Source: Candidatus Latescibacterota bacterium (GTDB lineage Bacteria > Latescibacterota > CBDEFO01). From it: a DNA stretch of 64,000 bases. The stretch spans positions 256,001 through 320,000 of the forward strand of contig OZ252149.1 of the NCBI GenBank assembly GCA_965248755.1. Direction: 5' to 3'. Position numbers and translations under genes: made by a program. Below the pieces are notes generated by a model that saw nothing but the letters and a program-made list of their open reading frames with translations, was not told the origin of the DNA and made no database searches. Of this stretch, positions 1 through 8,966 are shown one piece after another (position 1 is the stretch's first letter; the number at the start of each line of letters is the position of its first letter).

Positions 1-43
1 GATAGAAAAGCGAATGGACTTTCGAACTGACAGGTGACATCGT

Positions 44-1501
44 ATGATGCGTGTTCTGATCGTGCTAACTCATCTATTTGAGTTTCTTTCAGTTGTTTCT
101 GGGTTACTGTTCGGGGCAAGCTTCACCCCAGACGAACTGAAAAAATATCCGATCCTTGATCCGATCGTTGCCGAGCTTAAGGGAAATCGACTACTCCTAT
201 TAATTTTCGCCATTGTTTTCCTAGCAATTTCCCGTATAGCAAACGCATGGAAGGAATCCTTAGGCAAGAAGGAACCTGTGATTGTGTTCATTCGGGGATC
301 TCAGGGAGAACTCATCCCAAAAGCAACATTGACTGGATTCAAAAGAGAGTTGGTAGAAGCCGCGGCTGAACGAGTCAGAGAAGTGGAAGATTACTTTAAT
401 GTTGCTGAACGTCGTTTTGCATCGAACCGCTACCGAGATGCTGCCAGCAATTATCAGAAATCTATTGGTGTGTTTCCAACGATGTCTGCTTACCTGAACC
501 TTGGCATTTCACTTTCTTATGTCTCGCACTTTCCGGAAGCCGAGGATGCTTTCATCTCTGGACTTCAGATTGCTCGAAAGAAACATCATAGGGAGTTTGA
601 AGGACTCTTTCTCGGTAATATCGGTATCGTCTACTTTAGGCAGGGGAATTTGGATGAAGCACTGAAGTCTTACGAAGCGGCATTTAAGATTTTCGAAGAG
701 ATTAGCATTCCTTTAGGCCAAGCTAACACGTTCGTTAACATCGGCAACATCTATAGGAGTCAGGGGAAGTTGGATGAGGCACTGAAGTCTCATAAGGCAG
801 CACTTGACATTTACAAGGAGATTGACAATCTTTTAGGCCAAGCCAATGTCCTAGGTAACATAAGCAACGTCTACTTTAATCAAGGGAAGTTGGATGAGGC
901 ACTGAAGTCTCATAAGGCAGCGCTTGAGATCGACAAGGAAATTGGTAATCCTCAAGGTCAGGCCAATGACCTCGGCAACATAGGCACCGTCTATGCTGAG
1001 CAAGGGAAGTTGGATGAGGCGCTGAAATCTCACAAGGCAGCACTTGAGATTCACAAGGAAATTGATAATCTTTTAGGACAGGCCAATGCGCTTGGCAGCA
1101 TTGGCATTGTCTATAAAAAATGGGGGAAGCAGGAGGAGGCTCTCAGTTCTTACAGAGCGGCACTCGAGATTCACAAGGAGATTGGCAATCCTTTAGGCCA
1201 AGCCAATGACCTCGGCAACATAGGCACCGTATATGCTGAGCACGGGAGGCTGGAGGAGGCTCTGAAGTCTTACAAGGCAGCACTTGAGATTCACAAGGAG
1301 ATTGGCAATCCTTTAGGCCAAGCCAATGACCTCGGCAACATTGCCCACGTCTATGCTAACCAGGGGAAGAAGCGTGAGGTCCTCGAGTTGCTGAGGCAGG
1401 CTCGTGAAATTTATCGAAAGATCGGTGCAACAAGGGAGTTGCAGACAGTTGAGAAGAACATTGATCGGATCAATGCTGCAATGGATAAGCCTGATAGGTA
1501 A
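44..1501 (+). CDS. Tetratricopeptide repeat protein with N-terminal hydrophobic (TM) segments
   Basis: 40-aa repeats (LGQANDLGNIGTVYAEQGKLDEALKSHKAALEIHKEIGNP) also visible as 120-bp DNA repeats; two hydrophobic N-terminal stretches. Confidence 0.92.
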   Translation: MMRVLIVLTHLFEFLSVVSGLLFGASFTPDELKKYPILDPIVAELKGNRLLLLIFAIVFLAISRIANAWKESLGKKEPVIVFIRGSQGELIPKATLTGFKRELVEAAAERVREVEDYFNVAERRFASNRYRDAASNYQKSIGVFPTMSAYLNLGISLSYVSHFPEAEDAFISGLQIARKKHHREFEGLFLGNIGIVYFRQGNLDEALKSYEAAFKIFEEISIPLGQANTFVNIGNIYRSQGKLDEALKSHKAALDIYKEIDNLLGQANVLGNISNVYFNQGKLDEALKSHKAALEIDKEIGNPQGQANDLGNIGTVYAEQGKLDEALKSHKAALEIHKEIDNLLGQANALGSIGIVYKKWGKQEEALSSYRAALEIHKEIGNPLGQANDLGNIGTVYAEHGRLEEALKSYKAALEIHKEIGNPLGQANDLGNIAHVYANQGKKREVLELLRQAREIYRKIGATRELQTVEKNIDRINAAMDKPDR

Positions 1502-1529
1502 GAGCTAAATATCAATATTAAGGAGCAAG

Positions 1530-2579
1530 ATGATCGCACCCCGTAAGGAGCAATTCAGCGGGTGTCTGATCGGTCAGTGTTTGGGTGATGCGTTAGGTTT
1601 CCCGGTGGAGGGCTATCCCCCGGAAATTTGCCAGCAGTACGTTACAGAAGTACTAAAGGCAGGGCGCGCAGGGGAAAGAGGTCGTGGCTCTTTTTCATTC
1701 GGTCAATATACGGATGACTCTCAGCTTGCCCGCGAGCTATTAGAAAGCTATGTCGCTTGTAAAGGGTTCGATCCGCGCTATTATGCGGGTCGGATCAGTT
1801 CCATCATTGCAGAGGGACGGATTGTCGGTCGCGGGCGGGCAACTGAGGAAGCTGCAGGGCGTCTGGCAGGGGGCGCATCGTGGGAGGAAGCGGGAACTCC
1901 TCCTCCATCTGCCGGAAATGGCAGTGCCATGCGGGCAGGGCCTGTAGGCTTGTTGTTCTTCGACGACCCAAAAGAGCTTGTTCGGAGGGCGCACGATCAG
2001 GGCCGCATCACTCATCAAGATAGGAGATGCTCAGCCGGTGCGGTCGCCATCGCCGGTGCTGTGGCATTAGCCCTTGAAAGCGAGAGAATTAGGGCAGATC
2101 AATTTCTCTCCCAGCTTGTCGAGTGGACAGAGATGATCGAAGGGTCGGTCGCCTCAGGTATTGGACAATTGAGGGAATGGATGCCCTTACCTCCCCACGA
2201 AGCGGCCACTTTTATTTCCAAAGCCGGTTCGCCTGACTATTCGGATGAATGGCAGGGGATCTCGCCGTTTGTTACGGGCAGTGTCCTGTGGAGTTTATAT
2301 TCGTTTCTGAGAACACCAAATGACTATTGGGAGACTGTCTGCACTGCAATCGCCGTAGGTGGAGACGTGGATACAACTGCCACTATGGCTGGAGCTATCA
2401 GCGGAGCCTTTTTGGGGCTAGAAGGGATTCCGTCTGATTTATGTCGTCACCTTACAGACCGAGGAACGTGGGGCTTTGCCGAACTTGTTGACTTGGCTCA
2501 CAGATGCTACGAGCTGAAAGTGCAACTGGGGAAAAAGGGCGGCAAATCCGGATCAGATACTACTTCACCTGAAAGCTGA
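1530..2579 (+). CDS. ADP-ribosylglycohydrolase (DraG/ARH family)
   Basis: GDALGFPVEG, YTDDSQ, GNGSAMR and GGDVDTT motifs; AAGGAG RBS. Confidence 0.93.
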   Translation: MIAPRKEQFSGCLIGQCLGDALGFPVEGYPPEICQQYVTEVLKAGRAGERGRGSFSFGQYTDDSQLARELLESYVACKGFDPRYYAGRISSIIAEGRIVGRGRATEEAAGRLAGGASWEEAGTPPPSAGNGSAMRAGPVGLLFFDDPKELVRRAHDQGRITHQDRRCSAGAVAIAGAVALALESERIRADQFLSQLVEWTEMIEGSVASGIGQLREWMPLPPHEAATFISKAGSPDYSDEWQGISPFVTGSVLWSLYSFLRTPNDYWETVCTAIAVGGDVDTTATMAGAISGAFLGLEGIPSDLCRHLTDRGTWGFAELVDLAHRCYELKVQLGKKGGKSGSDTTSPES

Positions 2580-2801
2580 TGACTAGTGTGTCATCGAAGG
2601 AGTCATCCCCCACAACATGGTGGACACTGTGTAAACCTTTCTCTTTTATGTCAACGCATGCGTTATCTTATCTCATAGTCCGTATGATTTGTTACCGGTG
2701 GTTCCAGATCGGGTGTGAGGGGATGAAAGTTAAACACACATTCACTTTGGGACGGCGGGCCTTTCGATCAGTTGGTTCCGCTTTGTCATTTTGGAAGAAA
2801 A

Positions 2802-3875
2802 ATGAATGAGTTAGATGGACAGATAGATTCTGTAGAAATTGAGGCGCCTCTGCCCGATGATTTGATAGAGGAGTTGATCGATTTCTGGGAGGTGATCTTC
2901 GAAACTTCCTTTGAAGATCTTCGAAGTGTACTCGCTGCTGCAGAATCTGTACAAAACAGCGATATTCTATACTTAGTGCGCCATGGGAAGAAATTAGCTA
3001 GCAGCTCCCACTTGACAATTTCCAAGTCGAATCCGGAATTGGGAGGATTGGGGGAAATGGCGACTGCTCCTGAATTTCGTCGTCTGGGGCTAGCCAGCAA
3101 ACTCTGCGAGCGTGCGCTTGACGATTTTCGAACACAGGGAGGCCAGGCACTTTTTCTTGGGACGGGAAACCCGGCAGCCGCTCGAGTGTACAATCGTCTT
3201 GGGTGGCGGAAATTGGCAGGAGCCAGCGTAATGGTCTTTATTGCAAGTGGGGACTCACCGGAGACTTTTCTTGTGGACTACTTCAGGAAAGATGGCTCAA
3301 CAACAACTGCAGTAGCCTCGGCCTCTGAGCGCATTCCTATGATCCCACTGCTTATATCTCCTCACGACTGGCAGGTGTTGGACGCCAACGTGGGTATCTT
3401 TTCAACTCGATACGTTGTGCAGTCTTCATGCATGGGGCTCTATCCCCGGTATGAGGCACTCGTCCGAGAGGGCCGAGGTGAATGGTTTCGTGCTCGCACA
3501 GATCGAGGCAATCTGGTCGGACTAGCAACAGCACAACTTGATCAATCCACGATTGACCCCCGATTGAATCCATCGGGGAGCAGGGATCAACCCTCAATTG
3601 AATCTATTGGGACTCAATGCCAGGTGGACGCTTTCACTCATCAAAATTATATAGGCGCTTTGGAAGACCTCATCCAGGCAGCCATGTCCTGGGGCGTTTC
3701 CCGCGGTGTACCTCTATGTTCGGCAACTCTCTCAGTCGAGGATGAAAATAAGCGAGCATTATTCGAGTCCCTGGGATTTCGCGAAGCTGGAACGGGCGAG
3801 GAATTCAATTTGGATGGGAGGCGAGTGGCGTCCGTCCGTTTGGAAAGATCGGCTGCTGATGCCCTGTCCACTTAG
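2802..3875 (+). CDS. GNAT family N-acetyltransferase (probably two GNAT-like domains)
   Basis: Acetyl-CoA motif ATAPEFRRLGLASKL and NPAAARVYNRLGW; ATG at 2802 preferred to the TTG at 2772. Confidence 0.85.
   Translation: MNELDGQIDSVEIEAPLPDDLIEELIDFWEVIFETSFEDLRSVLAAAESVQNSDILYLVRHGKKLASSSHLTISKSNPELGGLGEMATAPEFRRLGLASKLCERALDDFRTQGGQALFLGTGNPAAARVYNRLGWRKLAGASVMVFIASGDSPETFLVDYFRKDGSTTTAVASASERIPMIPLLISPHDWQVLDANVGIFSTRYVVQSSCMGLYPRYEALVREGRGEWFRARTDRGNLVGLATAQLDQSTIDPRLNPSGSRDQPSIESIGTQCQVDAFTHQNYIGALEDLIQAAMSWGVSRGVPLCSATLSVEDENKRALFESLGFREAGTGEEFNLDGRRVASVRLERSAADALST
3558..3612. repeat. Two copies of a 21-bp palindromic element inside the GNAT gene
   Basis: CCCCGATTGAATCCATCGGGG (3558-3578) and CCTCAATTGAATCTATTGGGA (3592-3612); reverse complements match the hairpin at 3893-3913. 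Confidence 0.65.
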
Positions 3876-3886
3876 CTGGAGAGATA

Positions 3887-3919
3887 GCAAGCCCCCGATA
3901 GATCCAATCGGGGGCTTGC
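3887..3919. repeat. Perfect 13-bp-stem hairpin (palindromic element, possible terminator) after the GNAT gene
   Basis: GCAAGCCCCCGAT-agatcca-ATCGGGGGCTTGC; no U-tract follows. Confidence 0.7.
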
Positions 3920-3992
3920 CACGAAGTGGGTGGAGCTGCCTGAAATCTATCTGCACAAGCCCGTGGCGCACGCGTAGGGACATCCAAAAGGT

Positions 3993-4234
3993 AAGGTAAC
4001 CGCGAGCGAGGTCCACAAACTCTTCCTCGAATACGAAGACTGCTTCGCTTACCAGCTCAATCACTACTACGTTCCCACAAGGCGCACCGTGTACGTAGTG
4101 CACGCGGACGACGGAACAGTGGGCTTGGTGGAGAGCGGCTCTACCGAGCCTCAGGAGGTCATCGACCAGTACATAGGCGCTAAATCCTCTTCAATTGATT
4201 GAGGGACGAGACCTCGTTGGGCTTAGGGACAGTA
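3993..4234 (+). pseudogene. N-terminal remnant of an enolase-superfamily (mandelate racemase/MLE-like) gene
   Basis: Reads KVTASEVHKLFLEYEDCFAYQLNHYYVPTRRTVYVVHADDGTVGLVESG...IDQYIG, then DETSLGLGT in another frame; no start codon, truncated. Confidence 0.55.
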
Positions 4235-4406
4235 GGGGGGTCATCGTCAGCGGTAAAACCCAGGTGGACACTGGCGAATCCACCACACCCGGAGAAGGAT
4301 TAGGTCGGATTCTTCGGCAAGTGGAGAACTGGATGACGCTGTGCAAGAACGCTATCGAACTAGTGAATCTTCAAAAGCCAATTTCTACAGCAGAGGAGAA
4401 CAAAAG

Positions 4407-5333
4407 ATGCTGACCCGAGACACCTTCACCGGACCCTGGGCGGGTCTACCTGTGGCCTGGACTGACGATGACCGATTCGACGAAGAGACCTATCGCGCAG
4501 ATGTAGCGCGTTGCTGCAAGGCGGGCGTGCCCGGTGTATACACCGGAGGAACAACAGGCGAGTTCTATGCAATGGAATTGGACGAGTTCAAGGCCGTGGC
4601 CAAGGCCACAGTGGAGGAGTGCCGCGCACATAGCACGCCGGCTATGATAGGATGCAGCTCGACCTACACACTCGGCGCAGTCCGACGCACCTCCTTTGCC
4701 GCTGAACTCGGCGCCGACGCGATCCAGGTGGCGCTGCCGTTCTGGATGGAGGTCGGGGATACAGAGATTGTGCCGTTCTTCACGGAGGTTACCGAGGCCG
4801 CAGACGGACTGCCGCTCTCGATCTACGAAACCACGCGGGCAAAGAAGACGCTTACGCTAGATCAGCATCGGGCGGTCAAAGACGCCGTCCCAACTTATCT
4901 GATGGTCAAGGCCAATGCGGGCACTGTAGGGGCCACGCCTGAGGGCTGTAGGGCACTTTCCGAGTTCATCAATGTATTTGTCGGTGAGCGCCTCTGGCCG
5001 ACACTCGGGCCACAAGGGGCAATAGGATGCTGCAGTTCGATGGTCTACGAGAATCCCAGGGTCACCCTGTCCATCTGGCAGTTAGTGCTGAAGAATGACT
5101 GGGCCGCTCTGGAGGAGTCCATAGCCCGCTTTAGGTCCGTGGACAAGCTTTATGAAGAGTTAGGACAGCGTGGATACACGGACACGGCCTACGACCGACT
5201 CGGAGGTTTGGCAACCGGATTCCTCAAGACCAGTATAAGGAGCCGCGGTCCATATCCTTCTGCCACCGAGGAGGATGTAAAAACCCTGCGAGAGTTGTAC
5301 CGAGAGCACGTCCCGGAGATGCTGGAGTTGTGA
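4407..5333 (+). CDS. Dihydrodipicolinate synthase / N-acetylneuraminate lyase family aldolase
   Basis: GTTGEF motif, IY and Schiff-base Lys region (VKANAG); GAGGAG RBS before the ATG at 4407. Confidence 0.88.
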   Translation: MLTRDTFTGPWAGLPVAWTDDDRFDEETYRADVARCCKAGVPGVYTGGTTGEFYAMELDEFKAVAKATVEECRAHSTPAMIGCSSTYTLGAVRRTSFAAELGADAIQVALPFWMEVGDTEIVPFFTEVTEAADGLPLSIYETTRAKKTLTLDQHRAVKDAVPTYLMVKANAGTVGATPEGCRALSEFINVFVGERLWPTLGPQGAIGCCSSMVYENPRVTLSIWQLVLKNDWAALEESIARFRSVDKLYEELGQRGYTDTAYDRLGGLATGFLKTSIRSRGPYPSATEEDVKTLRELYREHVPEMLEL

Positions 5334-5515
5334 TCGCGATAAACAGGTAAGGCGGTAGCTCTACATTTAGTAAACAGTAGATAGGGCACCTCAGCCCTCT
5401 GTTGCTATCTAATCGTTGAGGCAGAATTGATGATACTATTGTTCCTTATGTTGTGAGGCATCTAAAGCAGTAAGTGGATAAGAGTAGAGAAAACATAAGG
5501 AAAGACAGGCTCACA

Positions 5516-7516
5516 ATGACAGAGATACCTTGGGCAAAAATCGGTAAACCCCTCGAAGACCTGCTCAGGTACGAGCGCCAGCTAGGCCACTACGAACACG
5601 CCGGCTACGATCTCATCTCCACCCTCGTCCACTCCCCGATCCCCGACAGAAGCAATCGGGGATCAATCGGGAACTGGCGCTCATTCATCCTGGGGGACGA
5701 CCACTTCGAAACCGTGGTTTCTCAGGTCATCGCCATATCAATAAAGGATAGCATAACTCCCAAAACGGCCCTCGACACAATTCGCACAATTGCTGAAGCA
5801 GCCTATGCCAACTTCCCTCAACAGGCCCCTTTGTTCCTCGAAGCGTACCTGAAACAGAGGCCGTACTTCCCGGGTTCCGTGCGCGACCAGCTGGACCAGC
5901 TCGCCGCAGCGGGAACTACCTCGATCCCTCTCTGCGCGGCTGCCTTGGCCGTGGAAATACAGCGCGCCAAACCCGTGGAGACGCAGGACGAGGCTGAAAA
6001 GGAGGTGTTCGACCACTGGTACGGGCGCATCGTCCGGGAGGAAATCTCCGAGCATCAGGCAAAGACCATACCTGCGCAGATCCTGGAAGCAGAAGCCCGG
6101 CTGCTGGAGCACTTGCAGGAGATGGAGGAGAACGTACAGGCCGACAAAGCAACCCTTTACAAAAGCTACAGCTGCATCCTCAAGTCGAACAATATTCCGA
6201 CGCTGACCGATCTGGTGACGGCCGCGTCCAAGTCCGGGCTTGGCATCAGCGTCGAACAGGTCGAAAACTTTCTGGAAAACCTCTCGAGGGACGAGGCCCT
6301 ACATCGCTTCGAGCAACTGGGCGCGTGGATTGCCCGGATCAACAACCAGAACCACGACGGCGTCACGTTGACGCCCGTGCTGACCGACTACCTGGCGCAA
6401 CCATCTGATTTCGAGTCCCTCATAGGCGAACTGGATCGCCTCAGAGCAGAGACCCGCGCCGGCCACTTCCGCATGAACAATGAACTGCAAAAAGAACTGG
6501 AATACATGCGCTTCACCACTGAGTACAACTGGCAATTCGACGAGCCGTTGGACACCTCGGAGCACTACGCCATGTTCGAGCAGTTGCAAAAACTGCCGCC
6601 GCCCTGCGAGGAAGAATTCGAGCTGGACGGACAGCACCTGGTGGAAGTCAGGCGCGTCGCGTACGAGGCCGTGGGCTTTCTACGCTTCCTGAGAGAATTT
6701 CGCGCGAGGACCAGCCGCCGCATCGCAGTTATAGGCAACGACCGCTACGGCAGGCAGTGGGTCGTCGAGCCCCAGGAGGACTACCTGCACGACGGCTTCA
6801 CTCTGCACTACTTCCGCAACCCCTCGCACATGTCCATGCGTCTGAAGGTCCGCCATGAACTCTTCTACAACATCCGCATGGGGTTCACAAGGGATTTCGT
6901 CAAAGACCTCAACCAGCACATGCCTCACGTGGTGATCGCCGACAGTTGCAGTCCCAGGGGTGGCGACCAGATCATGCAGCTCTCCCGGGGCTGCCGCGAT
7001 TACGTCAACTGGTTCATGGTCTTCAACGATATCCGCGCCCAGAGCGATGGCTCCAGGTACGAAGCCCACAGCTCCCTGCCGCCAGAGCACTTGCCCGAGC
7101 TGAAGAAGTGGCACGAGTTCACCAGGGTGAGGCGGCAGTTGCAGGACTGGGTCGACCCGGGACCCACCTACAAAATCGCGCACTGGGCCCCGGTGCAGAA
7201 GGAGACGGTGCTCCTGGGGGATTTCACAGTGCCTCGCAAAGACCCGGACTTGGACGACGACAGCCCACAGGTCATAATCGCCAATCCCGTGGTGTACCCT
7301 GACGATAATAATGAAATCCCTGAGCCCTTGCGCGGAACTAGCCCTTACTATTTCGATGACCCCGAGAGATACGAAAAAGAGGAGGTACTCTTCGGCTTCG
7401 GAGATCACGGCTTCGAGACCCGGCTCAAGGGTGTGACCACCGATACCTTTGTAGCCGCCATCCAGCACTACATGAAGACGGAAATTGATAGGCTCCTGCG
7501 GGAAACAGGTGACTGA
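5516..7516 (+). CDS. Large hypothetical protein (about 666 aa)
   Basis: Long ORF with coding-like codon bias; no motif recognised. Confidence 0.8.
   Translation: MTEIPWAKIGKPLEDLLRYERQLGHYEHAGYDLISTLVHSPIPDRSNRGSIGNWRSFILGDDHFETVVSQVIAISIKDSITPKTALDTIRTIAEAAYANFPQQAPLFLEAYLKQRPYFPGSVRDQLDQLAAAGTTSIPLCAAALAVEIQRAKPVETQDEAEKEVFDHWYGRIVREEISEHQAKTIPAQILEAEARLLEHLQEMEENVQADKATLYKSYSCILKSNNIPTLTDLVTAASKSGLGISVEQVENFLENLSRDEALHRFEQLGAWIARINNQNHDGVTLTPVLTDYLAQPSDFESLIGELDRLRAETRAGHFRMNNELQKELEYMRFTTEYNWQFDEPLDTSEHYAMFEQLQKLPPPCEEEFELDGQHLVEVRRVAYEAVGFLRFLREFRARTSRRIAVIGNDRYGRQWVVEPQEDYLHDGFTLHYFRNPSHMSMRLKVRHELFYNIRMGFTRDFVKDLNQHMPHVVIADSCSPRGGDQIMQLSRGCRDYVNWFMVFNDIRAQSDGSRYEAHSSLPPEHLPELKKWHEFTRVRRQLQDWVDPGPTYKIAHWAPVQKETVLLGDFTVPRKDPDLDDDSPQVIIANPVVYPDDNNEIPEPLRGTSPYYFDDPERYEKEEVLFGFGDHGFETRLKGVTTDTFVAAIQHYMKTEIDRLLRETGD
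5641..5661. repeat. 21-bp palindromic element in frame inside the hypothetical CDS
   Basis: CCCCGACAGAAGCAATCGGGG, 18/21 identical to 3893-3913. Confidence 0.6.
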
Positions 7517-7534
7517 CCACAGAAAGGATATCTC

Positions 7535-7713
7535 ATGAAAAGATATTATTAGTAATTGCCTTTGGTTGCATTCTGCTGATCTACGTTTTATTGGTACGGA
7601 CTGTACAGTCTACTTCAAAGCAAAACCAAATAGAAACCGTTGCTAGGATAGCCATCTACAGTGAACAAATCGCACAACGTCTGGCAGAAGCCCTGCGGTT
7701 TGAGACTAATTCA
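7535..7713 (+). pseudogene. N-terminal remnant resembling an M20-family peptidase
   Basis: RBS and ATG, early frameshift, then LLVIAFGCILLIYVLLVRTV...AQRLAEALRFET; truncated before the next gene. Confidence 0.4.
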
Positions 7714-7741
7714 TGCAAGCGAGCTAGAGGAGTATTCGTAG

Positions 7742-8736
7742 ATGCCAGACCGTGAAAACTTCATGGGTAAACAGCCAGTACGAGTGCTAGAGAACAATAT
7801 ACTCGCCTGGTTTGAGGGCAAATATCCCGAGTTCCGCCAAGAGCTTGAAGAAATCGGAAAGAAGTTTGGTGCCAAGAGAGCTATCAAGTACTTCTGCGAT
7901 GAGGAACCTACAGTCGGCCTCAAGGAAGGTAAAATGATCCCACATGTTACTGAGGAAGGTCAGATCTGTATTCACGAGACCTTCCTTTCCTATCTCTGGG
8001 GTTTGAGCTACGCATTTCTGGTCATCTTCGACGAGCAGGTCCACGGGCCAAGAACCGGCAGATCTCCTTCTCATGGCAAGCCTTTGGGGTACTTTACCAG
8101 TAGAGGATATCAGGTACTCAACTACGCCGTTGGCCTAACAGACGACTTTGAGAAATGGCCTTCACACCTCCTGAACCCTGAGACCTATGCCACCGAAGAT
8201 CGGCCCTTTGTGGAGAGAGCTAACGGGATCTACTTAGCTGCCGTTGATTTCATCCTCTGCCACGAATTAGCGCACATCGCCTGTGGCCACCTTAAGAGAC
8301 AGAAAGAGGCTTGCGACCGAGGAGAGTATATTACCTCTGCTGAGAATTAAGGAGTTTGAGCAGCGAAGCCGACAGATGGGCTTTCCACTGCGTCTCCAAG
8401 GGCATTCGCGATCCAGAGCGTAGTGCGACTAATGTCGGTTTCGGAGCAGCAACTGGTCTCGGCTGTCTTCTATTCCTAAATAGCGGGCTCACTTCATGCA
8501 AGCACCCAGATACAGACGATCGAATTGCCAACGTACTTACAGGCCTATCCCTTGATGAGATTGACAATCTCTGGGGCGTTGCAGCCACTTTCTATATTGC
8601 GTGGAATCAGCGGTTCCAAATTGGCCTGGATTTCACAGGCGAATTTGACACCTATCAAGCGCTGGCTCATGCTATCTACAGGCAACTTGATCCCATAAAG
8701 CACAAAGAAGAAGACAGACGAATGGGTCTCGACTGA
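7742..8736 (+). pseudogene. Frameshifted Lit-like (peptidase U49, phage exclusion type) HEXXH metalloprotease
   Basis: FILCHELAHIACGH, then EADRWAF and HPDTDDRI in the next ORF; removing two single bases near 8345 and 8364 gives continuous TSAEIKEFEQEADRW. Confidence 0.7.
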
Positions 8737-8966
8737 AGATAGGATAATCCGAGGTAGCACTGACCAGGCAAGGCCGTCTACGCAGTAACTGTGCAACAAT
8801 TGATCAGGAACTGTACGCAGGTCTAACAGCAGCAGTTAAATGTGAATGACCAGCTCAGGCGATGGAGTAGAATCCTGGTTTATATCTGATCACAATCATC
8901 TATCCCCAACAATACACGCAGTACCACGGCGCCTCAACCGTATGCAGCGTACGATCAGTGCTCGAC

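Noticed and set aside
560..1380. Regular 120-bp repeats as a CRISPR array
   Set aside because: They are coding TPR units with no unique spacers, and no cas genes are present
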